Below the pieces are notes generated by a model. The model saw only the letters and a list, made by a program, of their open reading frames with translations. It made no database searches and was not told the DNA's origin. From NCBI RefSeq assembly GCF_009914755.1, contig NC_060939.1: a DNA stretch of 64,000 nt, one strand, 5' to 3'. The position numbers and the translations under genes are program-made. Shown here piece after piece: positions 42,700-57,959 of this stretch. How positions within the stretch are numbered: position 1 is the stretch's first letter; each line of letters opens with the position of its first letter. The DNA is from the human T2T-CHM13v2.0 reference genome, Homo sapiens.

Positions 42700-42910
42700 T
42701 AACCTATTAGCGTGCAACTCTGTGCCAGGTCCTGCTCTGGGAGCTTTATGTGTGCTGTTGCCCCTCACACTCATGGCAGAGGTGAGACAGAATGCTGAGA
42801 GATTTCTGCAGACAAGGAATCTGAGGTTTAAAGAGGCAATGTTTGATGAGCCACTGAGGGGTGGGGCTGGGATTGGAACCGAAGCTGGCTGCCCTTCAGC
42901 CCCCAGGGTC
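42700..42910 (-). mobile_element. MIR
   Basis: ctctgtgccaggtcctgctctgggagcttta...aggaatctgaggtttaaagagg. Confidence 0.65.
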
Positions 42911-43259
42911 CTGCTGGGGAGATGTACCCAGGGGGTCCTGTGCTGGGAGAGTGGAAGCAGGGGTGTCACTGGGGGCTTTGTCCTGGGAGCTGGGCAGGTG
43001 CTAGGGACAGAGCTGGCCTGGTTTTGGAGCCACAGGAGAGAAGATGGCCGGGAAGAGCTGTGTTTGGAAGGTTCCTTTCTGTGCCAGGGGTCAGCAATCT
43101 GGGTTCTAGCACTGAGAGGGGCAAAACGTGGGTTTGTAGGGGAGAGAGGGTGACCCCCAGTGAGGGTAAGAAAGATAAGCTCCAGTGAGCTCTTCTCACC
43201 CTGGGTCCCAGCCTGTACCAAAAATCCAGGGGCAGCCCCCGGGCCCAGCCTGCCCCCTT

Positions 43260-43445
43260 CACAGTCCCCTGACTGCTTGAGGCTGTGGGCCAGTGGCTTT
43301 GCCCCTTGGAAGCTTGGTTTCCTCATCTGGGACAGAAAGGGGTCAAAACACCCTTTTTCATTGTTAAGATTAGATAATTTGAGAGCCAAAACTTCTTGCA
43401 GGGTGCCTGGTACCAAGTAGGCCCTCTCTAAATAAATAAATGATA
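43260..43445 (+). mobile_element. MIR
   Basis: cttggtttcctcatctgg...gtgcctggtaccaagtaggccctc. Confidence 0.65.
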
Positions 43446-44135
43446 GTTTTCATTTTCCCTTCCACTTAATTGTTTTTTTTTAAAAAAAACTTTTCTTCCC
43501 TGTAATAACAAATTTCAGAAGACAAGTTAATACATTGCTGTGTATACTCTCAGGCCAAGAATTTCCTCAGTGTTTACATACCAGAGCAGTACTTTGAACT
43601 TTGATTTTCTCCTCTGCCTCTGTGCTGGTTCAGACACCCTCTCTAAGATGCCAGAAGCATTGCCCTGCCTTGGCCTGTTGGTGGTGGGGTATGTGTGTGT
43701 GTTTTCATCGTATTATAAAAACGTGAAACATTTGAATTACGGGCAAGTGGTATTCTACCAGATTTAATAAACGTTAATATTTTCCATATTCACATCAGGT
43801 ATTTGTAACATCTCTTTCTTTACTAAAAATAAAAACCTTCTGCTGAAGACCTCCTGTTACTCCAACCCCTTCCCCCTTCTTCTCGCTCCCGTTTCACAGG
43901 TGTTTACTCTCTTTTAAACTGGTGTGTGTCCTTCCCAGCTAGAATTTTGTAGTGTATTATTTGTAAAGCCAAATAACCCCACTGCAATGTGTTTGAACCA
44001 CCAAAGCAAATGATCACCTTTTGGGAAAAGAAGGCTGAATATCCAAGGCCAGATCAGTGATTCGAGATCACAGAACAAACCTAACTGCTCTCAAATTGAA
44101 ATCTCAAAATTATAAATTCATTGCCTTTGACTTAA

Positions 44136-44569
<434 letters not shown>

Positions 44570-45949
44570 TAGAGCAGGTGTTTTGGCTTTTGTCTTTAAT
44601 GCTTCCCTCCCCACTTTAACATAACTGTAATATATAATTATTGTGGAAAATTTAGAACACATGGAGAAGTAAAGAGTGAAATTGCTGACTGCCCTATTAC
44701 CCCAACCTCCACCCTATAGAGATATTTTCTCCCCATCCCCCCAAGGGCAGAGGATGGAGATCCCTGGGCTTCTCCAGGTGGGGAGTGGTACCATGGTCTC
44801 TTCAGGTTTCGTAGCAGACAGGCCCCATTGACCATAGGATATGTGTCCCCAAGGTGGTTAGAGGCCATCACCTGCCTGAGGTCAGCTCAATGGGCAGGGC
44901 TGGGCATCTCCTGGTGGTCTACCCACCATGCCTGTTCATCAGGCTGGGGTCTGACCTCTTTCTGGTGTCTGGTGCTGATCTAGGCAAGGTGACAAGTGCT
45001 CAACAGAGGAGTCCTGGTTCCTTCAAGGAAGCTGGGAAGTGTAAGACGGAGCAGGCTGCGTTTGTGGTTTTTGCCAAGGCTTGACTTTTGACCACTTTTC
45101 TGAAAAAGGACAAGGGTGTTTTTTTGTTTTGTCATTTTTTTTCCCAGTAGATGTTCCTATTTGGTTCACAGATATAAACACTTGAACCAGGTGATATCAG
45201 CACTGCAAGTTGATTTAGTACCACAGCCATTTTCTGTGTACCAATATGAAGCTGTTCCTTCATAAGTTCTTCCTTTTCGCTTTTTTAAACTGAAATTATT
45301 TTCATTAGGATCACTACCTTCCCATGTGCATTTTACCACAAAATTTGGTTCTGATTCTGTTGGCTTGCTTGCTGTTAGTACTCATGTTAGCTTCTGCCAT
45401 TCTTTCCACCATTGTCCTGGGTAAAATTTTGCATATCTGAGTTGTTGGATTCTTTCATCAGTTTTTGGTTAGTGACTTTCATGGTCTGCAGTTTTAGTTG
45501 CTTTCAGTTTTATTTTGTGTTGAAGTTTTTTCTATGAGGTTTGATTTTTTCAGGGTCAGTTTTTAAATGTAGCAAGGAGTGTGCTTTTTCAGTTTGCTTA
45601 TTATTTTCAACAAATGTTTTTGGTGGGTAATTTTACCTTTGTTGATCACCAGCTTTGTTTGGGGTGCATCATTTCTCTCAAGCCGAATTTTCTCTGGTAA
45701 TCTGGCCAGAAGGCCCATAGGGTCAGAATGGCAGGTCAAAATGTCTTGGTGCTTTCTTGAAGAGTTTGAAACAAGCTTGCAAAGTACTGTCCTCCCTTTG
45801 GATTTCTCCTGTCTGGGTGTTGCCAGGGCTCTTCTGTTAGCGACAGAGAAAATAGGAGGTACTAGAATTCGGACTTCTAGGAAGGGCTGTATTGTCCTTA
45901 TCATCAGAATCCCTCCCTCCCGTCCCTGTGACCTCCCAACTTCACAAAC

Positions 45950-46023
45950 ATGTCTTGCCTGCACCCTAGGCAAACGTGGAAAGGCGCAGCTCTGGTACAC
46001 CGGAAAGCATGGTGGATGGGGAG
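45950..46023 (+). CDS. SMAD3: SMAD3 alternative first coding exon (N-terminus MSCLHPRQTWKGAALVHRKAWWMG-R), splices to exon 2
   Basis: ATG at 45950 (acaaacATGt), 24 codons plus 2 nt, then AG|GTAGGA donor at 46024. Phase 2 matches the canonical exon 1/2 junction (R|SLDGRLQ). Peptide recalled as the N-terminus of a RefSeq SMAD3 isoform. Read-through hits TAG immediately, so it is absent from the ORF track. Confidence 0.93.
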
Positions 46024-47635
46024 GTAGGAGCCCCGTGCCGGGACATGTCTTTTCTCTTTCTTGAACTCGTCTCCCCACCCGTCCACAGGGTTGCTGGCCA
46101 GAGATCTGTCAGAGTTTCTCCGGGCTTCTCTTTCTCTGGGTGGGGATGTGGACTCTTAGGATGTCAGGAAGCAACTGTAGGAAACCCCCTGTGTGGGTGA
46201 AGCAGAGGCGTCGCTCAGGGCCCTCTGCCTGGTTCTGGGCTCTGGGACCCTGCTCCCCTCCCCTGAACCCCCCCTCCCCCGGCCCCAGGATGGAGCTTGC
46301 TTGCCATCGCAGTGGATCTGCGGAAGAGGGTTCCAGAGTGTGGGGAGAGCGTGCTGGGGAGGGGAGCTATTTGTTCCTTTCCAGTCATCGCTGTACTGAG
46401 CGGTTCCCTGGGACAGTTGAACCCAGGGGAACTGAATTCATCTGTGTAAGTAAACATCCATCTCCCCTTAAAGGAAAAGCCCCTGCTCAGCCTCTCTGGG
46501 CAGCTGGAATGCTGCTCTGTGGGTCTGGGCATTTGTTCCTTCTTTCTTTCTTCCTTTGATTTCTTGCTGTCTCCTTCAATTAGGCCTGTGACTGTTTTCA
46601 CATGGCTATTTGTATATACAAGCCATGCCAGGCATCATAATTTGTGTTTGTCTAGATCAATAAGAGCAGCTTTAACCAAAAAGTCCAGCTGAGAATTTAT
46701 AAATACCCCTCACCTCCTCCCCTCCCTGGAAGATGTGAAAACACCATCCCATTAACCCTCCAAAGCAGTTGGTTGACTTGATCAGGGAAGATGTGAAATA
46801 TAATTTCTTTGAATGTGCTTTCTCTTTACTCTTTTAGTGGAATTTGATCAGTGTTTAAGGAACTGTAGCCGATTCCCAGCCCACTTCAAAGCAAAAGCCC
46901 TTCACTGTGCCTATTTGCAAAATTACCTTTGAGAGACTGAAGTGTCGGAAATGCATTTAGACACAGATTGTGCCTTATATTAGCTCTCCGTTGCCCCATA
47001 AAATGGGCTTGGGCATATCTGAGGCAGCTACCAAAGGAAACTTAAAAACAGATTCTGGCGGCAGCGATTCTTGTGTTCTGTGCTCACTGTGGAAAAGAAG
47101 GGGGCTAGAGGGATTTAAGTTTACGTGGATCTTGAGGATTTTAAGAACCAGATTTCTTCTCTTTGCTCACATTAGGGGAAAAAAAATAAACCTCAGATGC
47201 CCCGTGATATCTCGTTACGTCAGGTTTTCCTATAAAATGTCAAGACGGCAATATTAGGTTTCCTGGCTTGCTTTTCCCCACTGTGTCTGCTCTTGCCAGA
47301 ATTTTTATTAGGGGGAGGGGAGCATTCTCTACCCCTCCTCCCTCAATGAAATCATTTCTTCCCTAGCCTTTAACCCTTTAAAGTTTGGGAAGGGAATACT
47401 TTGATTTTAGGGTTAAATAGAAAACTTCCTTAATGACTGTGGCTGGAATTAAGGTGTACTTAAAGCTGTAGCAGCCCTGGTGGGTCCTGGGCTGACTGGG
47501 TGCTAGGGTTTGGTATGGAAAGCAGCTTGCATCACCTGCTTTTCTTCCCATGCCTGTGCCTTCCCCAAGCTCCCCCTCCTAAGCCAGGTACGATTCCAGC
47601 TATGTTAAAAGGCCCTGGGAAATGTTAACTGATCA

Positions 47636-48066
<431 letters not shown>

Positions 48067-48706
48067 AAAGTGAATGTGTTTGCTGGAAGCTGTGCTTGAT
48101 TGAGTGAATGTGTTTGATCCAAGAGGGCAGGGGATTCTGGAAGAGACATTAAGTACAGATTGATGAGTGTCTTGTCTCACCGCAAAAACCTCCTTTCTCT
48201 CTTCCTTCCTAGTCCCCACTGAAAATGGAGTGGTGATAGCTTAGTTCTCACTTTGGTTTCAGGCAAGAGAAATGGTACCCAGGAGGTAGAGTTGAGTAGA
48301 GACTCCTTTAGCTCTCTTCTTTTTTCTAACTTCTCTTTATTCCACCGTTCTCTCTTTACTTCTGCCTACCTTAGCAGCATGCTGCAGAATAAACTCTGCT
48401 AGGAGGAAGTTTGAAATCTCCAGGCTGAGAAACTATGCAGAGAGCAAATGACCTTCTGAGGGCTCTGGGTACAGAATCCTTGGTATGACAGGTGGGTCTA
48501 GAGCCGGCAGAGACTCAAGGCAGCCTGACAGGACAGTGAGAGTGAAAGGGAACGCTATTAATAATGACACCAGGTCAACACATGCGAACCCAACTGTCCT
48601 GAACAAACGGGGGTTTGTGGTTGCGCTACAAAACCCAGGCTTCAGTCTCTTCGAGTTCTGTTTTGATTTGGAAGGAGTGACGCCTTCCCCTTTGGAAGCT
48701 TAGGCT

Positions 48707-49012
48707 AGGGTTGCAAGCTGAGGTGTTCACAGGGACAGACAGAGTGTGGGAAATGGGGCCTGGTGTAAGGAAACGGAGCAGAACTTGGGGTTCATTCATA
48801 GTCTAAAGGGGGCATTGGCAAGTCGGCATCAGACAGTAGCAACTTGTTGCCAGATCTTCTGAGTTTTTTTCAAGAGAAGCCAAAAATCAAGATTTACACA
48901 CAAAATCTCCCAGTTTGTAAAAGTTGGCAACCATTTAAAAATTTTAAAAACGCTCTGCAGGCCAAGCACAACATCTGTGGGCAGTGGGCAGCTGCCTGTT
49001 TTTGACCTCCAG
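48707..49012 (+). mobile_element. MER102 (hAT-Charlie)
   Basis: gccagatcttctgagttttttt-caagagaagcc...aaatctccc...gttggcaac...gcaggccaa matches the MER102 3' half. Confidence 0.75.
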
Positions 49013-49929
49013 CCCAGACCGATCAATTGATGGCTGTCTTCTGGGTCTCCCAATTCCGGCAACGGGAAGTTTCTTAAGGAAGTTGCCTGGGCTGACCGCA
49101 AGTGAGGTGGGGAAGTGGAAAGGGAGCTTGACTTGGCTTCGATTGATCATTTGCACAATAAATATTTATTGAGCACCTGTTATGTTCAACGTACTATCTG
49201 TGTTGTGCCATGTTTCCTAGTCTACATTTTGGGATGAGCTGTGTCTTCCTCATGCAGGTGGACTCTTTATGCCCTGCACAGGGATGGTTCCATGCTTCTC
49301 CCTGAGATTATGGCCAAGATGGATGCAGTGGGAGGAACTTCAGTGGGGGAATGTTGGGGAAAGACCTGGGTCCGATTCTCAGACCCTGTAAAGTTCATTG
49401 TATTTCAGCTTAACCCAGCAGTAGTCCCCAGGATGAGACAGTCTTCAGCTGAGGAAAGCCCTGGGGATTTGGAAGCTAGAGCAGAGAGAGTCCAGCCAGG
49501 GACCCTTGTCTGGCAGTCCCTGAAGGCTGTACCAGGACCAGGCGGCAAAAATCACAGAACAGCCTCCATTCAGCTCCATACATGGCAGAACTTTCTAACA
49601 GAGCTCTGTACCTTGTGGTTGTTGGACTAGATGATCTGTGAGCTGTTTTTCATTACCTGGAAAGTCCGATACCTTGAGTCCACCCCCCATACACCCATTA
49701 GACTCCTGAGTCTTAAATCTGCTCTGGTTCATGGCTTACCTCCTGCAGCTGAACTTGGGGTTGAGTGCCCCAGAAAAGCCGATACAAACTCTAAGTTGAG
49801 GCCAACTCAGTTTGCCTGGGGATGAGGTGGGGTGGTATGGGGGAATAAAGGCTTCTCTAATGCTGTGAGGTGTCATTCATGTTTTCCATTCTCCTGCTCT
49901 CCGAATTTAAATTAGGGTCAATCATACAA

Positions 49930-50045
49930 ACCTCACAGGCTTGTTCAGTCAACAAAGGCACAGAGAGCTTAAGTCACTTGCTCAAGGCCACGTAGCGAGG
50001 CAGTGAAGAGCTGGGGCCTGGACCAGCTCATCTGTCATCCCCCGC
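49930..50045 (-). mobile_element. MIR
   Basis: aggcacagagagcttaagtcacttgctcaaggccac. Confidence 0.7.
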
Positions 50046-51365
50046 TCTTTTACCCCCTTTCCTAAACTGTTAGATTTTAATTTCCTTTTGGTATATTCAT
50101 TCTTTTGTGTGTCTCCTCCCCACACCCCCCCCACCATTGTTTCTAGAACTGTCAGTGTTCAAATGTTTAATAGCTAGGTTTTTTTTTTCCCCCGTACACT
50201 TGGCCAGAAGTAGGAATTCATCACCATGTGTGAACATTTACTGTACCTCCATGGTTTGCGTGGAATTGTACTAGAAACACTCAACCCCGGGGCTTTGTTG
50301 GCAATAAACTAGGTCTTTCTGCAGAACTTTTGAGGACAAATCACCAATGGGTTGGAAAGCATTTCCTTCAGGAATGGCGAAACTCTATTTTTCACCTTGT
50401 TAATGCTGCTCCCACCTTTGTTTCTCCCCTAGTGTCAGTCTTAAGTGTGTTAAGTGCTTTTTTCTGCTCAGTGTCCTAGATAAGAGGTTTCCAAATGATG
50501 TCCCCTGATCTGTACCCCACCCCCAATTCTCAGGCTTCTGGATAGACAGAGAATGGACATCTGGTTTGTTTTGGAATGACAGGCTAGACTAGAGGCGTCC
50601 AGAGGCCTGGTAACGGCAGAGGCTGCTGGCATCTTAAGACATTCAAAAACCACTGTGCTAAGTAACAGTGGAGATATATTGATCTCAACATTTCAAGGAG
50701 AAAAGAGCTTGTGAAATAGGCTTGTGATGTTTGTGATAAGGGCCCTGTGGGGCAGCTGGTGGGCACCCCATGTAGAGCTGGAACACAGGGACATGATCCC
50801 ATGTGCAGGAGACAGCTCCAGCCTCTGCATACCCGTCGGCTCACTCCTGGGTTGGAACATCCTCCTCATTTTCTCTGGCATGTCCTTTTGCTCAATGAAT
50901 CATTCCCGGCCAGGCCAGACGTCCTTGCTGGAGAGCCAGCTCTCCGTGCACCAGCCCTGTGATTCTCTAATGCCAGCTTGAAATTCGGTGACCCACCTTG
51001 GGATGCTTTGCCTGTCAAGGTTTTTCAATGATGAATAGTTGTTATGAGCATGTCAGCCAGAATGGTACTTTTCAAGTCATTCAGTAATGGATCTGTATGA
51101 TTATTTTTTGCACAAAGAACTAAATAGCTAAGATACTATTGTGGCAGATATGCCATAAGTACCTTTTCAGTGAAATCTTTAGTGTACATATTTGTCACAC
51201 TGTATTAGAACATATTAAGGCAGCTCATTAATGTTTTAGTATTTAGAGTTTGTCATACAGTGAGCAAAGGCAGACACCTTTGACACAGTCTATTGGAGCA
51301 AAATATGTCTAGGCTTTTGCTTGCTTTTTTCATTTTCAAATCCATATTTCCATCAGAATTTTAGA

Positions 51366-51893
<528 letters not shown>

Positions 51894-52300
51894 TTTTTTT
51901 TTTTTCTTTAATGTTTGTATTGAGGTATAATATGCAATAAAAGGCACATATTTAATGTGTACAATTTGATGAGTTTGATATTTGTATATGCCCATGAAAC
52001 CATCACCAGTCAAGATAATGAACATGTCCATCACTCCTCTAAAACTTTCCTCCTGCCTCTTTGCAATTTCACCATCTTGTTTGCCTGCTGCCCCCATCCC
52101 TAGGCATCCACTGATCTGCTGTTATTATACATTAGTTTGCATTTCCTAAAATTTTATATAAATGGAATCATACTATATGTATGACTTTTGTCTGATTTTT
52201 TTTAATGCAGCATAATTATTTTCAGATTCATCCATCTTTTTGCATGTTTTAGTAGTGACTTTTTGTGGTTGGGTGATATTTCTTTTTGTGGATATAAAGG
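51894..52300 (-). mobile_element. L1MD/L1ME-type 3' end
   Basis: tattgaggtataata...gtgtacaatttgatgagtttga...tatataaatggaatcatac. Confidence 0.85.
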
Positions 52301-53089
52301 GAGGGTTGTTGATCTTCAGGGATTATTTATTTTCATTTTAAAAGTTTCTCCTGAAGTAGTATTTTGTTTTTGAAAATGTGCTTTGAAAGAAATTTGTTTA
52401 GAATTCATTTGGCCCTAAAATCCACGTAATTAATGATTTAATGAGTTAAATAGTGATTTAACTATATAAATATAGTTTGCTACCATGTTTGCTATGTGCC
52501 AGGCTTGATGGTGCTTGTAGGGCACAGAAGAGGTTCCTGTCCTAGCCAGTGGTTGATGTGTTCAGGAGGGCCTATCAGTAGTGCACTAGTGCACCATATC
52601 CTACATGTGATAGAGCTGCCGTGTTCTTAGACACAAAGACAGCTGTTATGCTGTCTTTGCAAAAATGTTGAGGTCTTGCTTTCCACAGGCTTGTGGCCTG
52701 ATGCACGTTTCCAGTTTTGCACAATGTCACAGCAGATATGCCTTCCACGCCCTTGGTTTTTCACAGCCAGGCATGGGGCTGGAATCTCAGAGCTGCGGTT
52801 GCTGTGGTTCTCTGATTCCTGCTCAGAGGATTGCGTGATGGGGGCTGGAGTGCAGGCAGGAAGTTAGCCTTGTGGATTCCCTCATCCTCACAAAGCCAGG
52901 CGCACAGGGAGGGGTTGGGGGTAGGGGGTTGCCATGGGAATTTCTTCCCCAGCCAGAGAGCCAGGGTGGAGTGTGTTGCTGGGGAGTTGGAAATGTACCC
53001 TCTTTTCCATATCCATTGTTCAGTCACGTTCTCCTGAAAGAAGTCTTCTTACTGTGTGTAAGAAAAATCAGTAAGCCTCTGATAAATAG

Positions 53090-53255
53090 TCAAAGACTGT
53101 CAGAAAAGGGACCTTGGAAATATCTGGTCCAGCCTGCCCATTTTATAGGTGAGGAAGCTGAGGCTCAGCAAGCAGGAGTGACTCAGGAATAAGCACTCAT
53201 AGCACAGCTGGGACTTGGGAAACCCAGGCACTGCTTTAGACCTTCATTTTCACAA
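53090..53255 (-). mobile_element. MIR
   Basis: cccattttataggtgaggaagctgaggctcag. Confidence 0.7.
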
Positions 53256-53799
53256 TCCACGAAGGGGGGAGTTTGAAGAAGGCTTGGCAAAATTTGATAG
53301 ACCTGGGAAAGAGATTGTTAATCTCTCATTCTGTGCTCAAGGATGCTGTGCCATTTAAAAAACAAAAACAAAAAACAGAAAAGAAAGACAAAATAATTCT
53401 CCCAGATGATGTTTCTAGAATGTTCTGACATCTTACAGTGTCCTGACCTCGCACAAGCTTGTTCCAGTAATAACGTTAAAATTCAGGAGTGGATGTTCGG
53501 CAACATCATTGGGCAGGATTTTCTGGTTCGTGAATGAAAGGTTATGGGTGACACTGTATGTCAGTGTGGCGCTTACCGGTTTATGAAGGGCCTACATGTG
53601 CAATCTCTACAGGAACCACTTCCCACATGGCCCCTTTATACCAATGAGGAAATGGGCCCCCGGAGATGAGGCACTTGGCCTGAGGTGGCCCAGGTGGTAA
53701 GGAGAGGAGCCAGCTTTCCAATGCAAGTCCCAATTTCCAGTCTCCTGTTGTTTCCACCGTGTCTCCCTGCAAGGCGGCTGGGGCACGCAGAACAACAGC

Positions 53800-54020
53800 T
53801 TGACACAGTGGGAAGAAGCTGGGCTTTAATGTTTAGAGTTCAGAGTTCAGCTCTGCTCCCCTGCCTGCTGGGTGACCTTGTGGAATACTCCTAACCTCTC
53901 TGAGCTTCATTGTCATCTTTTGGAAGATGAGGCCCTGTCCTACAGGATTAAAGTATTTAAATATAGAGTGCTTACCATAAAACTTGCTTCTAGGAAGCAA
54001 CTGGTCAGTGTTAACTCCTT
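53800..54020 (+). mobile_element. MIR
   Basis: gctgggtgaccttg...taacctctctgagcttc. Confidence 0.7.
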
Positions 54021-57000
54021 AATGAGGCTGAAGTAGACATGGTAAAACTAGTTGTGGAAAGAGATCCTATAAAGCAAAACTGAGGACACATTTACATATA
54101 CCAAGGGGTGCCCAGCCCTGTTCTTCCTGCACATAGAATCTTAAATGTTTCCTAGATTGAGCCATTAATCTTTGATTTTTTGCAAAGGAAGTTAAGACAG
54201 AGATACCAAGTGCCTTGCACATAGTAGGCCTGTAGTAAACACAGACTGGATGATCAACTGCTCTTTGGAGGAGCAGAGAGTATGCCTACACATCATTTGA
54301 ATAAAATGTGACAGCCTGCCAGAGACCAGACTTTGAAGGTTATAGACCCAGGGCACGTGGCCAGAGCAGCTGTCAGTGGAGGTGCGGCCTAGAGCGGGTA
54401 GTGTGGAGGCTGGAGGGGGCTGTTCCATGGCACCAGGGTTGAGTGGGAGTCAGTGCAGACTTAGGAGAGGGAATGTGTGTTCGGGGATGGGGAGCGGGGA
54501 GGGACTTCTCTCAGACACTTATATGGAATCTCAGGTCATACAGAGACATTGTCTCTGTGTTTTATATTTTCCTTTGAGGACATCTCCATTTAAGTAGCTG
54601 ATGCCTGAGTGGGGAGAGAAGAATGAGCCTTTTCCTTCTGTTAGAGCCTGTAGCTGCCTCTTCAGGGTCAGACTTTAAGGTGTATGGGGACAAAGTTGGG
54701 TCAGTGTTTGTAGAAAAAAGGCTCTTTCTCCATTTCTCCCTCCTGCTTAATCCAAGGAGCAGAGAACACCAGGGAAACTCGGAAGTAGCGGGGGTGATTT
54801 GGGAGCTAGATGGGGCCTGACATATGAAGCTGCTACCTGGTTACAGCCAGGCAGAGTTGAAAGGGTGTCCTTTGGCGGGGTGAGAAGAGAGCAGCCTCCA
54901 AAGATTCCCCTGCACCCCGCCAGGCCCTGCCAGGGGCCCCTCCCACAGTTCTTTGCTCCTTCCACGGAGCCTGTTTGAGAATTCAGTGATTCACTTCCCG
55001 TCGTCAACTCTTGTTTAACGTTCCCCTCCATTGTTACCAAACAATCCAGGCCCCAGTGATGTGTGGTGTTCTGAGAGTAGAGGAGGGAAGAGAGAGAGAG
55101 AGCCAGAACTGTTTACAGAGCCCGGGAGATGGGCCCAGGCTTGACAGCCGGGCCGACTTGAAAGACAGGCTGCAGTGGACTGTGGCCCCAACAGCTGGGT
55201 GTGTGCAGGGTGGGAAATGCCAGGCACAGCCGCTCCTCCACAGAAACCACTCTGTTCTTTCTGCTCTTGATGGAAGCTCCTGCCCTTTATTGTGGTGTTA
55301 GCTTCTTTGTTCAGTTACACCGACAGCTGAGTTTTCTATTTGGGGCCATAGTTTTGGGGTCATGATTCCTGGAGTAGAAAAAAAACAACATAGGAGCTCA
55401 CTCAGAAGGATCCCTGGGTAAATGCCATCCTTTCCTGGGCCCCAGTTTCCTCACGTGTTCAGGGGGAAAAGAAGGTGGTGGTGAAATGCCCCCCACCAGC
55501 TCCAAAGTCCTGTGGTTCTGAGGCTGGAATATTCTGCAAAAGGACATTTGCACACCACCCTTCCACTGCCCCCGCCCCAGTGTCGTGTCCAGGTCCAGTT
55601 CTACCAGCCACAGATGTGAGCATGTCTGGAACCTGTCTACCTGTCTCATTCATTCCATGACCTCTGATTTTTGAGGTCAGTAATTCTGCAGCCTCCCTCA
55701 CCTTTCTGGTTTAAAGCAACCTCCTCTCTCAGGAAGTTGTTTGAAATCAATTTAATTCCTTTATATCCCACATGACAGCTACGACTGCCACTGTTTAGTT
55801 GATGTTGGCGTCGGGTTTGGGGCTTACTTGGCTTTTGTGTTTGCTTCTAACCTGCAGAAAGAGTCAAAGTTCTGAAGTTTTCTCTCTCATCCTTTCTGTT
55901 TGTTGCTCCATGTACAGTAGGGAAGAGGAATTTTTGTTGGTAGTCCACATTTTTGATTACTTATTTGCTCTGCTGCTATATTATGATTCAGGTTTTCTCC
56001 AAGGCCCTAGGTGCCTAAAAGCATTGAAGGAATGAGAAGTGTAGACACAGAACACCTTTAAGCCACTTCCCCCTGCAAATTAGTGTATTTCACAGGTATT
56101 TGGAATGCTAGAAGGTACTAGAAGGTGAGAAGACACTAGAGATCCGTTGAACCCATCATTTTTTAAATGAGATAATCCATACCTAAAGACTCCTCCATGA
56201 GTCGGTAGCACAGCCAGAGGGAGGGCCACACACACCCCTGTCATCTAATGAGCAGCCAGGGCTCCAGTCCATCCCCAGTGTGGGCCATATATCTGTGTGC
56301 TTTCTCCTCTATTAAATCCAACACTTGATAAAAATCTCCAGTTAACAAATATTTGTTGAGCAAGTTTATTGCAAATCGCTGTATTTAATGTCTGCCTACA
56401 ACCTTAGCCACAGATGACTCTCTCTCCCTGGTATGGCAAGTGGGCAGAGCTTCCTCATTCAAAAACATTTTAGCTTCCTGCACTTCCCCGCTGGTTGCTT
56501 TCGCCTAACTGGCACCTGTGGCTGTCATTCCCCTGCTGTTTTTAATTGCACCTCTCAAGACCAGCTGATTGCTTAAAGAACATTTCTGGTATTGGGCCCA
56601 TGGCAGTAATGTGCGTCTGTGGATCCCTTTGCTATGAGGCTTGACTTCTTGATCGGGTTCACAAGGCTGGTGGGCAGCCTGAGATCTTTGCTTATTTCCT
56701 ACGTCTTCTGAAAGGTACTATGAAGCTTACCAGTTGCTGATGCACGCTATCAGCTAATAATTCCATTACCATTACTATTTTCTGAGCAAATGTGACCTGC
56801 AAGCCCCTCGCTCCATCCAGGATGCAGGCAAAGTTAAGCTAGGTTTCCTTTCCCTCAAGGAGCTCCTGGCACAGTTGGGAAGGGAAGTCAGAAACACACA
56901 GAAGTCACTTCATCATACCAGGCCTTTGGTGCTAAATGATGATGAATTTGAAGAGTGTGGGACAGTGGGGATGGTGGACTGTAAGAGTTCGAGGAGGGGA

Positions 57001-57959
57001 GGATGGAGAGAGGTCATTCTTAGCAGAGAGCCACAGAGTGGGTTACTGTTTGAGCTGGAAGATAATTGGACCTCCAAGGGCTCTGTCCCCACCTGCACCT
57101 CAGCGCACTATGCTGGTGGCCAAGAGTGCAGGAGCCTCACATTCAGATACTGTGGCTGCAACATTTTACCTCCACTACTTGGGCCTGTTCAGCATTTTGA
57201 GTTTCTATGCCTGTAAATTAGGCCTGTCTAGGAAGTGGGGGTGAGGTGGTGGGTGGGCAGGTGCTCTGAATCTCAGCTGGGACTGGGTGGGCTGATACCG
57301 GGGAGAGTTGTAAGTATCTAGGACCCAGCGGGAGGAAGCCTCACCTGGAAGCCTTTGCTTGTTCCTGATTGTAGCTGTTTTAGGGATGCAGCTTTCAGAC
57401 AAGGGCCACTTAGTTGATGAGGCCGGCTTAATCGAGGAGGGCTGTTGCCACCCTGACATTGTTAAGTGTGGGCCTGGCTTCTCTGAAGTCCTCCTTTCTT
57501 GCTTGTGTGGAATTCCTGTTTTCCTGCCCATAGGGGTTCTTTGCTGTCTTAGGTGAATTGCCCCAATGAACCAGAACCTTTTTCTTTTTAGGTACAATAG
57601 GAGGTCTGTACCCTTAGACAGAAAGGAATGCTAATTGGCCACTTAACTGTCCTCAGGGTACAGATGCCAGAATATACAGGGCACCCATTCTTTGTTACCA
57701 TTTGGGATGGAAACTGCTTATATAAGCTTGTAAAGCTTTGGTTCAGAAAGCAAGAGAATGTGTATGGAACGTTAGCAATTGCTGTCATGCAAATGCTGCA
57801 TTTTTTGCATGTAAAGGTACCTCTTTACCTCCATGGTCCTTAAACTAACTTTTTCAAGAAACATGGTCATTTCCCACCCTTCCTTTACTTCCAGCTCCCC
57901 ATTCATACCCAACAGTGGCTAACTGAAAGGTTTGCAAATCCTGAAGGCTTTGGGGCTTC

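Noticed and set aside
42449-43416. Longest ORFs (234 aa on +, 243 aa on -), overlapping
   Set aside because: Non-ATG starts, partly MIR-derived, no recognisable domain; expected by chance in GC-rich intron.
45563-46078. 161-171 aa ORFs overlapping the alternative exon
   Set aside because: Different frame or strand from the SMAD3 peptide; non-ATG or unsupported starts; no homology.
46728-46798. ggaagatgtgaaa repeated twice
   Set aside because: Spacing does not match the ETS-IRF composite element; no further support.
57592-57816. Possible cryptic exon (tttctttttag acceptor, AAG|GTACCT donor)
   Set aside because: Weak donor and no other support; such pairs are common in long introns.
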